IMG/VR virus record: IMGVR_UViG_3300044613_002638
Location: 1-64,000 of that record
Source of the DNA: a virus
Length of the DNA: 64,000 nt
Strand: one strand, 5' to 3'
The notes under the pieces were generated by a model. It searched no databases. It was not told the origin of the DNA and was given only the letters and a program-made list of their open reading frames with translations. A program made the translations under genes and the position numbers. This document shows positions 10,501-21,331 of this stretch, one piece after another. The first letter of the stretch is position 1; each line of letters begins with the position of its first letter.

Positions 10501-13500
10501 TCCAAAACAGGTTTGTTTTAAAACTTTGTAAACGGAAAAGTTCAAAAGAATCACTTAGTGAATTGTAGTTATATATTGTCCATTTACCTTGATAGTTGGA
10601 ATCTGATGGTATTAAAATTTTGTATCCGTTTGCAAAAGCGTCAGTATCAAGATAATTTAAATCTTCAGCATTATCTGTTTGTGCATCAAATCCTACTGTT
10701 GGCAATGGTTCGCTTAAGTATAATTTTGACGGTGTAGTTACAAGTAAAATCGGATATTTGCGTAAAATATTATTAACTACTGTTACATATTCTTCAAGTA
10801 TTGGCAATCTGTCATTGAGCATTGATTGTCTAGGATTATTTAAAATACCTAGCCTATCTTGCACGTTAAGATTAGGATCTGGAACTACTTTTCCGTATGT
10901 GTCAACACCAATCAGACTGTCTTTTAGTTTTGAAATCGCACGCAATGGTACATTACTAACCGTAGACTTCTGTTGTACCAATTGCCATTCATTGTGAATT
11001 AAATTAACATTTCTAGTTGTAGGATTATCAATATGAATAGCTACATCTGTACCTGTCAACTTATTGGCTACATTATAAATTGCAATCGCATTATTTGATA
11101 ATAATCCTAAATAAGGAATTCCTTGATCTTTAGGACTAACTATGTAATTTTGTAGTGCTTTAGTAGACAATGTGCGTCTTGATATATTAACATCAACGCT
11201 GGTCTTGTTTGCGACCCAATAATAATATTTTTGAGATATTATACCTGTTGTTGGATCTACAACTGTTACAGAAGTATATGCCGAATTGTCTACATATTTT
11301 GGTATTCCGTCGCCCACTGAGTCAACATATTGACTAGGAAGAAAATCACTTTCAACCCATTCATATATAGTAACTTGACTGTTTGGAAATAGCGCACCCC
11401 AGTTTTTTACTCTATATTGTAAAATATCTTGTTCATAATCTATAAATCGAATAGTTGACAAGTCCCACCAGGTTTTTCCTACTTGTCTATTAGACCAATA
11501 AAAATTATTGTTATTGATAGTATCATTTCTATTAGATAGATTGTAACTAGCTGGATCATATTCTTCTTTATAATCTAGTTCTTGATCAACTATACCTAGA
11601 AGTTTTCCTTTGACAGGATCCAAATAATCAAAAAATTCTAATATATTTTGAGATACCGTATTGTAAATAAAAGCAGATTTAACTGCGCCAATATCAACTC
11701 TTGGTGTTTTATATCTGATTAAATTCCAACCTGATTCTAAATTTTCATTTAAGTAGTAATACAAGCTTCCGCCATCGGTAACTATTCCGTAATCATTGGC
11801 TACCCCTACCATTAAATAATTTGCTTTTATGTCTACCGAAGCTCCAAAATTAAATCCGGTTGCTAAATCTGGCCCAATTAATTTTTGAGTGTAAGCGTAC
11901 AAATTAGGATTATTAACGTCTTGGTATGGATTCTGCATTAAATTAAAAATATATACAGCTCCGCTATCTCTAATTAAATCAACAAACTTTGTACCCCCAC
12001 TATCAAAAGTTGTAGGCGAAGACATTGTATCGTCTATCACTAGTGTGATTTCAATATCTGCTCCATCGCTGGCTACAACTAATGTGTTGTTCTGCTGATC
12101 CACTTGCAAAGCAGTGCCAAATGTTTCGCCTATATTTTCAGGATGTAAAAGACTTTGTACATACACATGAAGTTGAATTCCTAGATCTTCGAGGGGAGAT
12201 CCTGAATTTCCAGATACAACATTTAATTTGTTAGCTGCTACGAGAACGTCACTGCTTATATGCAACTTATTATCAATTATTGAGGCTGTCACGCCGGGTA
12301 CATTTGCTCCGTTTATTACAGATACAACTGAACTTAGTGTTGTATCTACAAAACTTATCTGTCTGTTGTTGATAAAAATACTTTCGCCAATAAAAACTGA
12401 GTTTTTAACAATACCTGTACCTGATCCTACACCTGTTGCTCTAAAATAACTGCCCGGTAATGGCTGTAAGTTAATAGTAGTTGACGTTAGATTTTGTGAA
12501 ACTGACACGGAATACGTTCCAGTATTGCCTTTTACATAAAAATTAACTGTGGTGGCGCTTAAATTTCCGGTTAAGCTATTTGTAATGTACACTGTCAGTG
12601 TACCCACATCGATATTTTGAACATAAGTGTTACTAGGAATATTTGTACCTGATACAAACTGTCCTATTGATATTCCTGTTAATGACGCCACTACAAAAAA
12701 ATTATCTCCGATTGATCCATTTGCGGTAGTTGTAGCTGACGCGGCATTTGTAGCTGTTAATTGGGTAAGTACCTGAGTCAGCGGAAGTAATCCTGTAGCA
12801 GAAATATATGTATTAAGGGTAATAGATCCAGTTGTCACAGACGTTATTGTCAGTGTTGTGCCTAAAATAGAACCCACAGCAATAGAACTAGGAGTAGCAC
12901 CAATTGATATAAAATCAGTGTTGCCAGAATTGACTATTGAGTAAGTACGTCCTAGTAGTATGTTTTCTACCTCTAGTTCTACACTAAAATCTCTTTCTCC
13001 TGAAATTTTCCCGTAAACTCTACCTACATTCAAAAATCTAGTTACCAAACCAAATCTATAATTTGGCTGTAAATAATTTGGACTTGAAACATATATATTA
13101 CATCCACTGTTACACATTGCCATTACTTGACCAAAATTAGATCCAAGCATGCCAGTGTTTTCTTGATATAAAATTTGATCTAATATAAATTGATTACTCT
13201 CTACCTTAATTACATTGCCTTGTTGTAAACTTGGTATACCAAATCCACCATATTGAATTGTGTTTGTACCGACTACAAAATAACTGGGAATAATACCAGT
13301 TGGATTATATCCTGCTAGAGAATCTAAATCATAGATTAACAAATTGTTTAGGTAAACTCTATATACTGAACCTAGATCATCAGGCAAGATGAAAATATTA
13401 GATATTCCATTGGTAACAAATTCATTTACAGTTCTATGATACACATATACTGCGCCAGAATTAGATATTCCATTTACGGTAGTATTTTCCGCACCAACAC

Positions 13501-16500
13501 TAATTGTTGACCCATCAGAATTACAAACTAAAGATGATCCAAAACCACTGCCTGCAATTGATTCACTAGCCAATGGTAAAGTATCTAATACAGAATAACG
13601 ATTTTCTCTTTGAATAAGCGAAATGTCTTGATTTGCCAATGGAGCTGTATTGAATAATACATTACTTCCATTAGCAATTGCAGATACACTTACAGTAAGA
13701 TCATTGGTAGGACTTGTGCCTGCAGGCGAACCGGTGAACAGCGATCCTGAAATTGTAAGCGTATCACTTAAAGTGTAATTTGATCCTGCATTAGACAGAG
13801 TAACAAATGCACCATAAGCTTTACCGGTGGTATAAGAAGCACCGCTGGCCAACGGAGCAGTCAATCCCGGAACTGGCCCTGTTGGTATAAATGCCACTCC
13901 TGGCGCATTTGAAAATGCGCCTATCAACGTAAAATCAGTGTCGCCAACAGACGAAATTATATAAGTTTTTCCAATTTCAAATAGTTCAGCTTCCCCTGGA
14001 CCCGTTAAACGGAATGTTACATTAAATTTTGCTCCTGTGCCTGTGCCACCGCTTGCTGCAAGATTTGGATGTTCTCTATTGGTAGCCAATGGCGTGCCAG
14101 TGTATGAAAAAGCATTTACACCATTGGTATATGATGTAATACTATAATCTATGTTAGGAAGGTATTCACTATTTCCAACAACGTCCGATACTAAGATGTC
14201 TGTGCTATCAGTTACCGCTTTATACAAAGTAAATGAAGTTGTACTACCATCACCAGTGATTGCTTGAGATGTAATTTCGCGAGGGTAATTTAATGCATAG
14301 CAAAAAACTTTATTTGCACCCGGAGCTCCTATATACAAATATTTTGCGTCATCCGATATTGCTAGTGAGTCGCCAAATTTATCGTTGTTGGCAGGACTAT
14401 TACTACATATTGTTTGAATTAAAATTTGATTTTCGAAAACAAAAACAACACCTTTCTGACTTAGTGTGTCTGGGGCACTCACAGCAACAAAATTAGAATT
14501 ACCCACTGTGGCAGTAACTATCTTCTTACCAAAGCTGTCAACATCGCTATTATTAGACGAAAGAAAACCTAATGTGTCCCACTCGCCTGTTGATACATTT
14601 TTTGCATATACACTTACCTTTCCTGAACCACTATCCGGAGCACCTCCATACAAGTAAAGTGCATTTGCATCCATGATGACTGATTTACCAAAATGATCAT
14701 TTCCGGTGTATTGACTTTGTCCTAATAATAATTTATTTTGATATTCCCAGGGATTAGACCTATTATAGACTCCCCAATTGCCTTGATTATCAAGATTTTC
14801 TACCCAAATTTTATCATTTTCTAACCAACCGTCATATGGTGCATTATCAACAACTTCTGTAGGTGTTGTTAACTTACTACTGCGTAATTTATAAACTATG
14901 CCATTGCCTATTACTGCTGAGCTCTCAATAAGTTCTTGTAAATTATTAACTATTGTTATTAATACTCTATTGCTATCAATTACAGAATATATTTTATAAA
15001 TTCCGTCGTATCTTGAGTCAAAGTTTTTAAGTATTATCGTATCAGATTCCGACAGCCCATGATCCGCACTAATAATTAATTCAGCTTTATCATCTATATT
15101 ATATCTCACAATATAGGCTATGCCTGGAACATTGGTCGCTCTAAAAACGTTCCATTGGTTATTATAATCTTTAGCCACCCATATGGTATAACCTACACCT
15201 ATTTCATTGATAAATGAACTAAAACCATTGAAGTCAGACAAACTAAAAACTGTAGCATTTACATCATCTCTATTTACAAAACCAGCAGTTGGCAGTGGTT
15301 TTAGCTCAGCCGGTTCTGAATAGGATTCATTTCTTAGAAAATACGGTGTAAAATTACCGTTGATCTTATAAATGTCTGTATTTGTAAAAGTTGTTATATC
15401 TGGTTGAATTTGCACTGTACTATCAACTAGTTGAAATACAGCAGGATTGTTGTCAAATTGCCCATCCGGCAAAATAAATTCCACAAATCTGTTTATATCT
15501 AAAGCACCGTATTCCCCTACTCTAAATGCCCAATTTTCATAAAAGTCTAATTCGGTGTTCAAATTATTAAACTGTGCACCTTTGAGAGCATTAATGGCGT
15601 TTGCAGTACCACCTTGTTTCAATAACCCTTGATAAAATTTTGATTGTGTAGTAACGTCTATTCCGAGATTTGTAAAATACGATCTAGGTCTAAATCCAAT
15701 TAATCCATTACTGAAAAGTTGAATTTTTTCATCTAGTGGTTGATCGTTTATGTCGTAGTATCTTAGAGAATCTGACGCATTAGTAGCTAGATTGTTAATA
15801 ATCCCTGACCTAAGTTCGTTTTGTTGAATTTGTTGCCAACTAGAGGTTTGGAATTGATCAGATGCACTAATATTTTCTAATGCTGTATAGAATCTAAATT
15901 TATTAGAAACAATTGATCCCTTAAGATAATCTTGTCCTGGTCTCCATTCATCAATATTTTTATTACTATAAATGTAACCAGGTAATTCTAAGCTTCCATT
16001 CCATAAACCTGTTTTGGCACCTACTAAACGTAATCTATATTGTCTGTTGCCAGTTTCCGGAACATAAATTATATCATTAAATGCAGTTGTGTTGTCGAGT
16101 AAAAGTAAATGTTCATATTGAACTAAATTAAGTTCAGCCAATCCAATGACTTGATTATTCAATGATTTAAAAGTAAAATTGCCGTTATCTCTTATAACAG
16201 TAAAATTATTTTTTCTTATAACTTGATAGTTTAAATCAATTATTCGCCCGCTATTAAATGTATTTGTTATCTCATCAACTACTGCAAATTGATTTGTTAC
16301 ATTTAATGTGTCTGATATTGGACTTAAAACTAAAATATTACCTGTTTTCCATCCTTGTATAGACCAATGTAAAAATTCCCTAGCACTTAATACCCAATCT
16401 TTTGTTTGTCCTAATTGATTATCTCTGTCAGTAAAAACAAATCCTTGTAATTCTAAGAATCTCTGGTATCCTACAAGGAAATCTACCACTTGCTGTTTTG

Positions 16501-19500
16501 AGTTAAATTCAAATCCATACGGAACGTTTACTCTTACATTTTTAGCATCTTTATAAATTGCCGCACGTTGTCCAGATATTTGAATTGTATATGCGTTGTT
16601 GTTCTCCAAACTTGGTATGATTGTAAAATAAGGTTTTGATGTGTTATAACCACTAACTGTATATCCTTTGGATGTTTTTTCAATGATAACAGCAGAATAG
16701 ACTATAACATCTAACGGACTACTTTTGTACAGTTCAATTGAATAGTTTTCTTCTGGAACAATAACACTATCATTGATGCTACTGGGACTTAATTGTTCGG
16801 CCAATAACTCTATAAATTTTTTATCCGAAAATCCAGCCATTTTATACGATAACTGAACAGAAATCGTAGATAAACTATTTTTAACTAGTGCGCCCGAATC
16901 GGCTATACCTAAACTTTGTATATAATCTCTTAGCCAATTAATATAGCCAGACGCTCTTTCTACATTACCATCATTATCTACATAGCCATTGACTTTTATA
17001 AAAGCTGGTTGCAAATGTAAATTATTTTCAACATAATTAAATTGACCAGTTGTTGAACTTCTGTTGTAATTTTCAATATCTGCCGATAATGAGAAATATT
17101 TTGCTGGTTTAAGTAAAGCAAGAGCAAGTTGAAGTGCAAAAACGTAATCGCTGCTTCTACGCCAGGCTAATTCAGTTGGGCCAATGTCTCCTACTGAATA
17201 GCTAACATTAGCATTTGCGCTGTCAAAATCTGTTACTAAAAATTCTGAAGGATTTCGTAAATTACCATTGTCATCTACTGGAATAATATCTGTTAACCCT
17301 TGGCGTATAACGTTGCCGTTCTCGTCGAGTACTCTAGGTCTACTGTATCTAAAATCAATGCCGGCCCGCGGACCAGCATGAATGTAACCAATTTCAAGAT
17401 CGTTCCATAATATAAAATTACCGCCAGTATACGGAGCAGGCCCATATCTATCATCCCAATAATCCGGTTTCTCACTAAAACCTAACATTTCCCACGGATT
17501 TGTATGCGGACGATCTGTATCAAAGAAATATCTAAATATGCTACGCCATGTCCCGGGCAACGATTCTCCGTTAATTGTATCTCTAAATTTTTTATAATTC
17601 CATGTAAAACCGTCTGATGCTGAAAATACACTATTTGTTGTATAATCAACTCTATTGGTTCCTGTCCAACGTAAAAAACTTTGTGTTAAGACTTGATTGA
17701 ATTCTGACAAATTATAATCAACTGCTCGCCATTTTCCTGGCATATAATCATTGATGTTAAAATTTATTGGATTATAAGCAATTTTACAATTGTTGTAGAT
17801 TCTTTTTTCTAATTCTAATAAAAAGTCATCTCTAAAGTCATTGAATGCCGGAGTGATGCTACCATCATGTCCTTGAATTACATAAATTGGAGTTCTATAA
17901 GTATCGTCAAGATATTTGGCAGGTCTGAATTTAGGAAATAAACCTAGTTTTGTAGGTGTTTCAGGAACATAACTACCATCAGTATTATTATATTCTACAA
18001 TTGACAGAATATCATTATAAAGTAAATTAAAATTATCTTGTATCACAACAGCAGGTCTTGTTTGATCAAAGTAATAATCTTGATCTTTGACCAGTAGACT
18101 TGTTGTGGTTTCGCCTTCTAATTGCCTAGTTAAGTAAACATAAACAGCTCGGTTACTCACAATAGTGTCGTTAAAAATATTTGTTATCTCATATGATCTT
18201 ATATCGGTGTCAAAAACTTGATAACTAGGCAATAGTACTTTATCATCGCCGTGTGGAACCATATCGCTATAATGCCACGGAAAACTGTCGTTTTTAACAC
18301 TGTTCAAAGCTGACATTATTACGTCAACTGACTCGGCTATGTTGTTCCTGTTTAAATCTAAATTAACAGCAAGCTCTAAAAATTTTATTTTGAATTGTGT
18401 ATATTCCTTTGAGGCCAGTTGAATAGAATTTACAAAATTCATTATAGGGTGATTTAAAAACAATCCTGAATAAATTATAGGAGCACTGTGTTGTAGTATA
18501 CTGCCGCCTTTACTCAAAAAAGTTATATCTCTAAGATTACTTTTACCCGGTACCGCTCCAATTATATCCCTACTATTAGAACTGCTTTCTATCAAATGAT
18601 TTCTCATTTGTCCTAATGTCAAAGTCTCTAAATTAGTGTTAAGACTGTTGTTATCAAGATTCTGAGGTATTTGATAAAATCCAGAATTAGATTTAGTTGA
18701 CGAATTAAAAATACTTACAAAGACAACATCGCCTTCTGTCAATACTGAAGGATCAATTAATAAAGTTAATTTGTCAACAACTTGCGTTACAATAAATTTT
18801 GAGGAATTGATTAGAGTTTTATTAATGACGACTTTAACATTTGGAACTTCAGTTGACACGTCTGGCAAAATATCAATAGGAAAAAGATTTGTTGTGCCAT
18901 CGTAACTGAATGTAAAAGTTTGATATTGTTTACTAAAGTGACTATTAATAATCCAAGTATTTGTTCTAGTACTTGTGTCTAATGTAACATTTTTTTGTAA
19001 AAAACCTGAGTTAATATCAATGTTGCTACCAACACCTGAATTTAAAATGTAAGTAAAAGAATCGCTATCAAAATTATTTTCAAATTGAATATCGCCTTGT
19101 GTAGTTAAATTTTTATAACTTAAAGGAAATCCTAATATTGCGTCTGGTGTACCTGTGCCTTCTTTGTAGGAAAAAACTTTAGTTCCTGTAAAATTAGAAA
19201 TAGTATATACCGATTGGTCACCAAAACTAATTCCATCATTATTGATAACATCAAAATTTGGTGCTTGATTTACTTTGGTTTTTTGTTGCGATTCTATCCA
19301 TGCGGTACCGTTATAGTGCCACTGTTTGGCGCCATTATCACCTTTTTCTACTATTAATGTATTCCCCGATTCTATAACATAATCATCTGTTTCAACAATA
19401 TATGCTCTATAAACTTCGGGTAATGGCGAATCTTTTGTTAACTCTATGCTAAAATTATAAATTCTATTACGAACTTCAAGATTTTCATCAGCAGCAAATA

Positions 19501-21319
19501 CAACCCTATCACCATTTGTAAATGTTACAGTGTCTGAGCCTACTGTTAACGTAAGTTGTGTCGTAGAAGTGCATATTACACCTTGTAGTTGAGTAAATGC
19601 ATTTGTAATTGTAAAATCTAAAATATCAATTGGTTTTTTTGCCTCAACACCAAAATTAAATAACTGTAGATTTGGTACAAATTCAATAATTGGTCTCTGT
19701 GCTCTATAATTTTGATTAATAATTAAATCAGTGTTATTGTATTCTGCTGTTTTTTCTAATACCTGTACATGAAACCATCTATTACTTCTACTCCATGCAT
19801 TCAAATCTATGCTACTTCGATTAATTGTTAAATAATCCTGTTGCGAGATATTATTATCCAATTCAGGACACACCAAGTCAGAGGCCAGAATCAGTCTTAT
19901 CGCAACTCCTACTCCCTCTACATAGAAAGTATTATTAGCATAAGGATCAGTTGCAGTTGAATCAAATGTAACTTTAAGCCCGTTTGTAAAAATTATTCCA
20001 TTGGGACTAACATAATTTTTTTGTCCAACAATTTTCACATCGACATCTATAGTCGCGTTGTCGAGGTCTACCAATGCAATAAGGCCCAAGGCAGTATCAG
20101 TTTGATCGCTCTGATAAAATAATTGATTTAAACTTGCTGTAATTAGAGGAACTTCAAATAAAAGATTGAAACGTTTATAGTATTCTTTGCTTACATTATA
20201 TGTTCCAGATATTATTCTTACCTTAGTTTCGTTACTGATAGTAACGATAGGTTGCAATACAATTCTCTCTATTTCATTGGAATCTGGTAATACTGTTATT
20301 TGAAAAATATCAGTTCTGTTATCAAAAGAGACTGTTTCTAGATTATTTGTATCAATGTTAACTATTTCATTGTCAATGGTAATTTGAGGAGTTGTCCAAA
20401 ATTCATCATCTATTAATGTGTTATTAACAAAAATAATTTTTTTACCGTTCAATGAAGTTACTGGTCCATCTAAGCCACCTAAGGTGGCATTTAATTCTGC
20501 GGGATCAGCACCTTGAATATCTTTATAACTCAAGGTTGTAGCGTATTCAACGTTTTCAACTGTTGGCATCGACGACCATTGGATCTGGGCATCTATTGTA
20601 GGAACTGTAAACGTAACTGTTCCTACATCAACTCCGTTGTCGGATACGCCTAAAATGTTTCTATTAGAAAGATTTGGAACATTATTATCTAGACCTGATG
20701 ATCCTGGTCCGGTCTGTATGTAAAATTTATTTCCTGGATTGTTAACTACAAAGGAATATGTTCCACCCCGTGCCAATGAAATTGTAGGATTTGAAATACC
20801 ATTGAAACCATCAAATAGGTAAGTTTTTGACACCGAGTCGTAATTTACTACAAAAGTTCTTTCAAGAGGTACACTATCTGTGCTAATAATAACTGCATCA
20901 GGGCCGTTTTCTAACCAATAGTACTGCGCATAATTCACAAATTTGTCTAGATCAATTTGAGGATCGTATGAATAAAATTCATTCTCAAATAATCTATTAT
21001 GATTGTTAGTTAATCCACCATAAAATGCAATTTTATTGATGATATCTGTATAAGTTGTAGCAAAAAGTAAATTGTTTGTAGCAGAATCTTTAATTACAAT
21101 ACTTGGTTCAAGTTGATAATCTTGCCTGTCTTTTGTAGGTTCAGAAATATAACTATCTGTACTTTTATATGAGGGAGCTAGTTTTCTACCTATGTAACCA
21201 TTGACTTTAATTAGATTAGGTTCACTAACTAATTGATCTGTTGTTGCATTTAGAAATTTACGATTTGTATCTGTTCTAAAAATTTCTGGTAGAAACTGCA
21301 AAGTTTTAAAAGCTGCCAT
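7499..21319 (-). CDS. Giant 4606-aa baseplate wedge/structural protein with FG-GAP-like propeller repeats
   Basis: Uninterrupted 13.8-kb ORF directly after gp6; FG-GAP-like repeats (DHFGKSV..GGAP, DKFGDSLAIS..IGAPG, FNFGASVDI); GGGGSGATA..I.VINPG.GY motif; EVKPYRTQVRE. Confidence 0.75.
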   Translation of the reverse strand: MAAFKTLQFLPEIFRTDTNRKFLNATTDQLVSEPNLIKVNGYIGRKLAPSYKSTDSYISEPTKDRQDYQLEPSIVIKDSATNNLLFATTYTDIINKIAFYGGLTNNHNRLFENEFYSYDPQIDLDKFVNYAQYYWLENGPDAVIISTDSVPLERTFVVNYDSVSKTYLFDGFNGISNPTISLARGGTYSFVVNNPGNKFYIQTGPGSSGLDNNVPNLSNRNILGVSDNGVDVGTVTFTVPTIDAQIQWSSMPTVENVEYATTLSYKDIQGADPAELNATLGGLDGPVTSLNGKKIIFVNNTLIDDEFWTTPQITIDNEIVNIDTNNLETVSFDNRTDIFQITVLPDSNEIERIVLQPIVTISNETKVRIISGTYNVSKEYYKRFNLLFEVPLITASLNQLFYQSDQTDTALGLIALVDLDNATIDVDVKIVGQKNYVSPNGIIFTNGLKVTFDSTATDPYANNTFYVEGVGVAIRLILASDLVCPELDNNISQQDYLTINRSSIDLNAWSRSNRWFHVQVLEKTAEYNNTDLIINQNYRAQRPIIEFVPNLQLFNFGVEAKKPIDILDFTITNAFTQLQGVICTSTTQLTLTVGSDTVTFTNGDRVVFAADENLEVRNRIYNFSIELTKDSPLPEVYRAYIVETDDYVIESGNTLIVEKGDNGAKQWHYNGTAWIESQQKTKVNQAPNFDVINNDGISFGDQSVYTISNFTGTKVFSYKEGTGTPDAILGFPLSYKNLTTQGDIQFENNFDSDSFTYILNSGVGSNIDINSGFLQKNVTLDTSTRTNTWIINSHFSKQYQTFTFSYDGTTNLFPIDILPDVSTEVPNVKVVINKTLINSSKFIVTQVVDKLTLLIDPSVLTEGDVVFVSIFNSSTKSNSGFYQIPQNLDNNSLNTNLETLTLGQMRNHLIESSSNSRDIIGAVPGKSNLRDITFLSKGGSILQHSAPIIYSGLFLNHPIMNFVNSIQLASKEYTQFKIKFLELAVNLDLNRNNIAESVDVIMSALNSVKNDSFPWHYSDMVPHGDDKVLLPSYQVFDTDIRSYEITNIFNDTIVSNRAVYVYLTRQLEGETTTSLLVKDQDYYFDQTRPAVVIQDNFNLLYNDILSIVEYNNTDGSYVPETPTKLGLFPKFRPAKYLDDTYRTPIYVIQGHDGSITPAFNDFRDDFLLELEKRIYNNCKIAYNPINFNINDYMPGKWRAVDYNLSEFNQVLTQSFLRWTGTNRVDYTTNSVFSASDGFTWNYKKFRDTINGESLPGTWRSIFRYFFDTDRPHTNPWEMLGFSEKPDYWDDRYGPAPYTGGNFILWNDLEIGYIHAGPRAGIDFRYSRPRVLDENGNVIRQGLTDIIPVDDNGNLRNPSEFLVTDFDSANANVSYSVGDIGPTELAWRRSSDYVFALQLALALLKPAKYFSLSADIENYNRSSTTGQFNYVENNLHLQPAFIKVNGYVDNDGNVERASGYINWLRDYIQSLGIADSGALVKNSLSTISVQLSYKMAGFSDKKFIELLAEQLSPSSINDSVIVPEENYSIELYKSSPLDVIVYSAVIIEKTSKGYTVSGYNTSKPYFTIIPSLENNNAYTIQISGQRAAIYKDAKNVRVNVPYGFEFNSKQQVVDFLVGYQRFLELQGFVFTDRDNQLGQTKDWVLSAREFLHWSIQGWKTGNILVLSPISDTLNVTNQFAVVDEITNTFNSGRIIDLNYQVIRKNNFTVIRDNGNFTFKSLNNQVIGLAELNLVQYEHLLLLDNTTAFNDIIYVPETGNRQYRLRLVGAKTGLWNGSLELPGYIYSNKNIDEWRPGQDYLKGSIVSNKFRFYTALENISASDQFQTSSWQQIQQNELRSGIINNLATNASDSLRYYDINDQPLDEKIQLFSNGLIGFRPRSYFTNLGIDVTTQSKFYQGLLKQGGTANAINALKGAQFNNLNTELDFYENWAFRVGEYGALDINRFVEFILPDGQFDNNPAVFQLVDSTVQIQPDITTFTNTDIYKINGNFTPYFLRNESYSEPAELKPLPTAGFVNRDDVNATVFSLSDFNGFSSFINEIGVGYTIWVAKDYNNQWNVFRATNVPGIAYIVRYNIDDKAELIISADHGLSESDTIILKNFDSRYDGIYKIYSVIDSNRVLITIVNNLQELIESSAVIGNGIVYKLRSSKLTTPTEVVDNAPYDGWLENDKIWVENLDNQGNWGVYNRSNPWEYQNKLLLGQSQYTGNDHFGKSVIMDANALYLYGGAPDSGSGKVSVYAKNVSTGEWDTLGFLSSNNSDVDSFGKKIVTATVGNSNFVAVSAPDTLSQKGVVFVFENQILIQTICSNSPANNDKFGDSLAISDDAKYLYIGAPGANKVFCYALNYPREITSQAITGDGSTTSFTLYKAVTDSTDILVSDVVGNSEYLPNIDYSITSYTNGVNAFSYTGTPLATNREHPNLAASGGTGTGAKFNVTFRLTGPGEAELFEIGKTYIISSVGDTDFTLIGAFSNAPGVAFIPTGPVPGLTAPLASGASYTTGKAYGAFVTLSNAGSNYTLSDTLTISGSLFTGSPAGTSPTNDLTVSVSAIANGSNVLFNTAPLANQDISLIQRENRYSVLDTLPLASESIAGSGFGSSLVCNSDGSTISVGAENTTVNGISNSGAVYVYHRTVNEFVTNGISNIFILPDDLGSVYRVYLNNLLIYDLDSLAGYNPTGIIPSYFVVGTNTIQYGGFGIPSLQQGNVIKVESNQFILDQILYQENTGMLGSNFGQVMAMCNSGCNIYVSSPNYLQPNYRFGLVTRFLNVGRVYGKISGERDFSVELEVENILLGRTYSIVNSGNTDFISIGATPSSIAVGSILGTTLTITSVTTGSITLNTYISATGLLPLTQVLTQLTATNAASATTTANGSIGDNFFVVASLTGISIGQFVSGTNIPSNTYVQNIDVGTLTVYITNSLTGNLSATTVNFYVKGNTGTYSVSVSQNLTSTTINLQPLPGSYFRATGVGSGTGIVKNSVFIGESIFINNRQISFVDTTLSSVVSVINGANVPGVTASIIDNKLHISSDVLVAANKLNVVSGNSGSPLEDLGIQLHVYVQSLLHPENIGETFGTALQVDQQNNTLVVASDGADIEITLVIDDTMSSPTTFDSGGTKFVDLIRDSGAVYIFNLMQNPYQDVNNPNLYAYTQKLIGPDLATGFNFGASVDIKANYLMVGVANDYGIVTDGGSLYYYLNENLESGWNLIRYKTPRVDIGAVKSAFIYNTVSQNILEFFDYLDPVKGKLLGIVDQELDYKEEYDPASYNLSNRNDTINNNNFYWSNRQVGKTWWDLSTIRFIDYEQDILQYRVKNWGALFPNSQVTIYEWVESDFLPSQYVDSVGDGIPKYVDNSAYTSVTVVDPTTGIISQKYYYWVANKTSVDVNISRRTLSTKALQNYIVSPKDQGIPYLGLLSNNAIAIYNVANKLTGTDVAIHIDNPTTRNVNLIHNEWQLVQQKSTVSNVPLRAISKLKDSLIGVDTYGKVVPDPNLNVQDRLGILNNPRQSMLNDRLPILEEYVTVVNNILRKYPILLVTTPSKLYLSEPLPTVGFDAQTDNAEDLNYLDTDAFANGYKILIPSDSNYQGKWTIYNYNSLSDSFELFRLQSFKTNLFWTPKVWYDASYQNGKDINYTVGIYSDIQAIELLVGDYIKVLDNGQNKWLLYEVLDDYSLNLIGAEEGTLELSSGIYDVLSGIGYDTAVFDSIGLDPQPVIEFQNIYDSVYYEILTGYLSAEFNELFFTIINLIFAEQKTPDWIFKTSFIDVFHNLRTLEQFPSYIRDNQSFYNDYIQEVKPYRTQVREYVPSYFKEDYADGDWTDFDVPSAYDSRYSSFRSPDINLLSDSELFSSDLYSDYANNYKFKVVDFILGNIGVNYLLPPNVEITGGGGSGATAVTTLFGNGRVQGITVINPGLGYTSTPNVFINGDGVGATAYPILKNEFYSVQANLSYNLIRSIDTTIKLDRIAYTSNLITWQPNTAYANTIVVAGNTTTDSGNVYITSGNIVVYNNQAYLATNANVTTEAIFDFTRFSQIDSGNVLLNAIDRIVSYYQPTVGMTGKNLNELVYGLEYPGTSVIGPDFRANTFTLTSNIISFNYEGLTINSGNIAVVDFVKLGFELNKTIKIEANVPFSFQNNGFFSIVGIERDAMILTGEPIETTYRLTLGDAITANAGDYVTQANTLANAYVLQSVTNSRTLDIIYTIPAFTESANVISINGVITNANIGNVYIGGNVNTTITYIDTNSIIDSNIYSTYLDTELGTRPQDINIVGGAYVDLYSSHAPEELIPGRLYDALEMRVFSNTVGNTATYGFRVFQPMSANVVYTRISSNSTTTLSANLSLTDNEILIADAAVLPTPSPELGNPGVVFINGEKIHYYQKYDSAKMATAIPWSSNTNIAINTLISLDGNVYLTSGNVYANANVYVNTANLTLITLNSLRQIRRGVDGTGIANIIVLGNLVSDSSQSQLIPNSQIFTSVPVTGNVTTTANVTFKLILSSNITANVGDYITQFIGNTANVRVLQDVVSGNIVAVDYVTGAFVSASNIGTRINLVSTTSGVSSLTANVINTSVLGAINANGNVIVSGVKLLRSNIWEQFSTTLQNSTTQGAQFIRAEPSYVP

Positions 21320-21331
21320 GCCTTGATCCTA

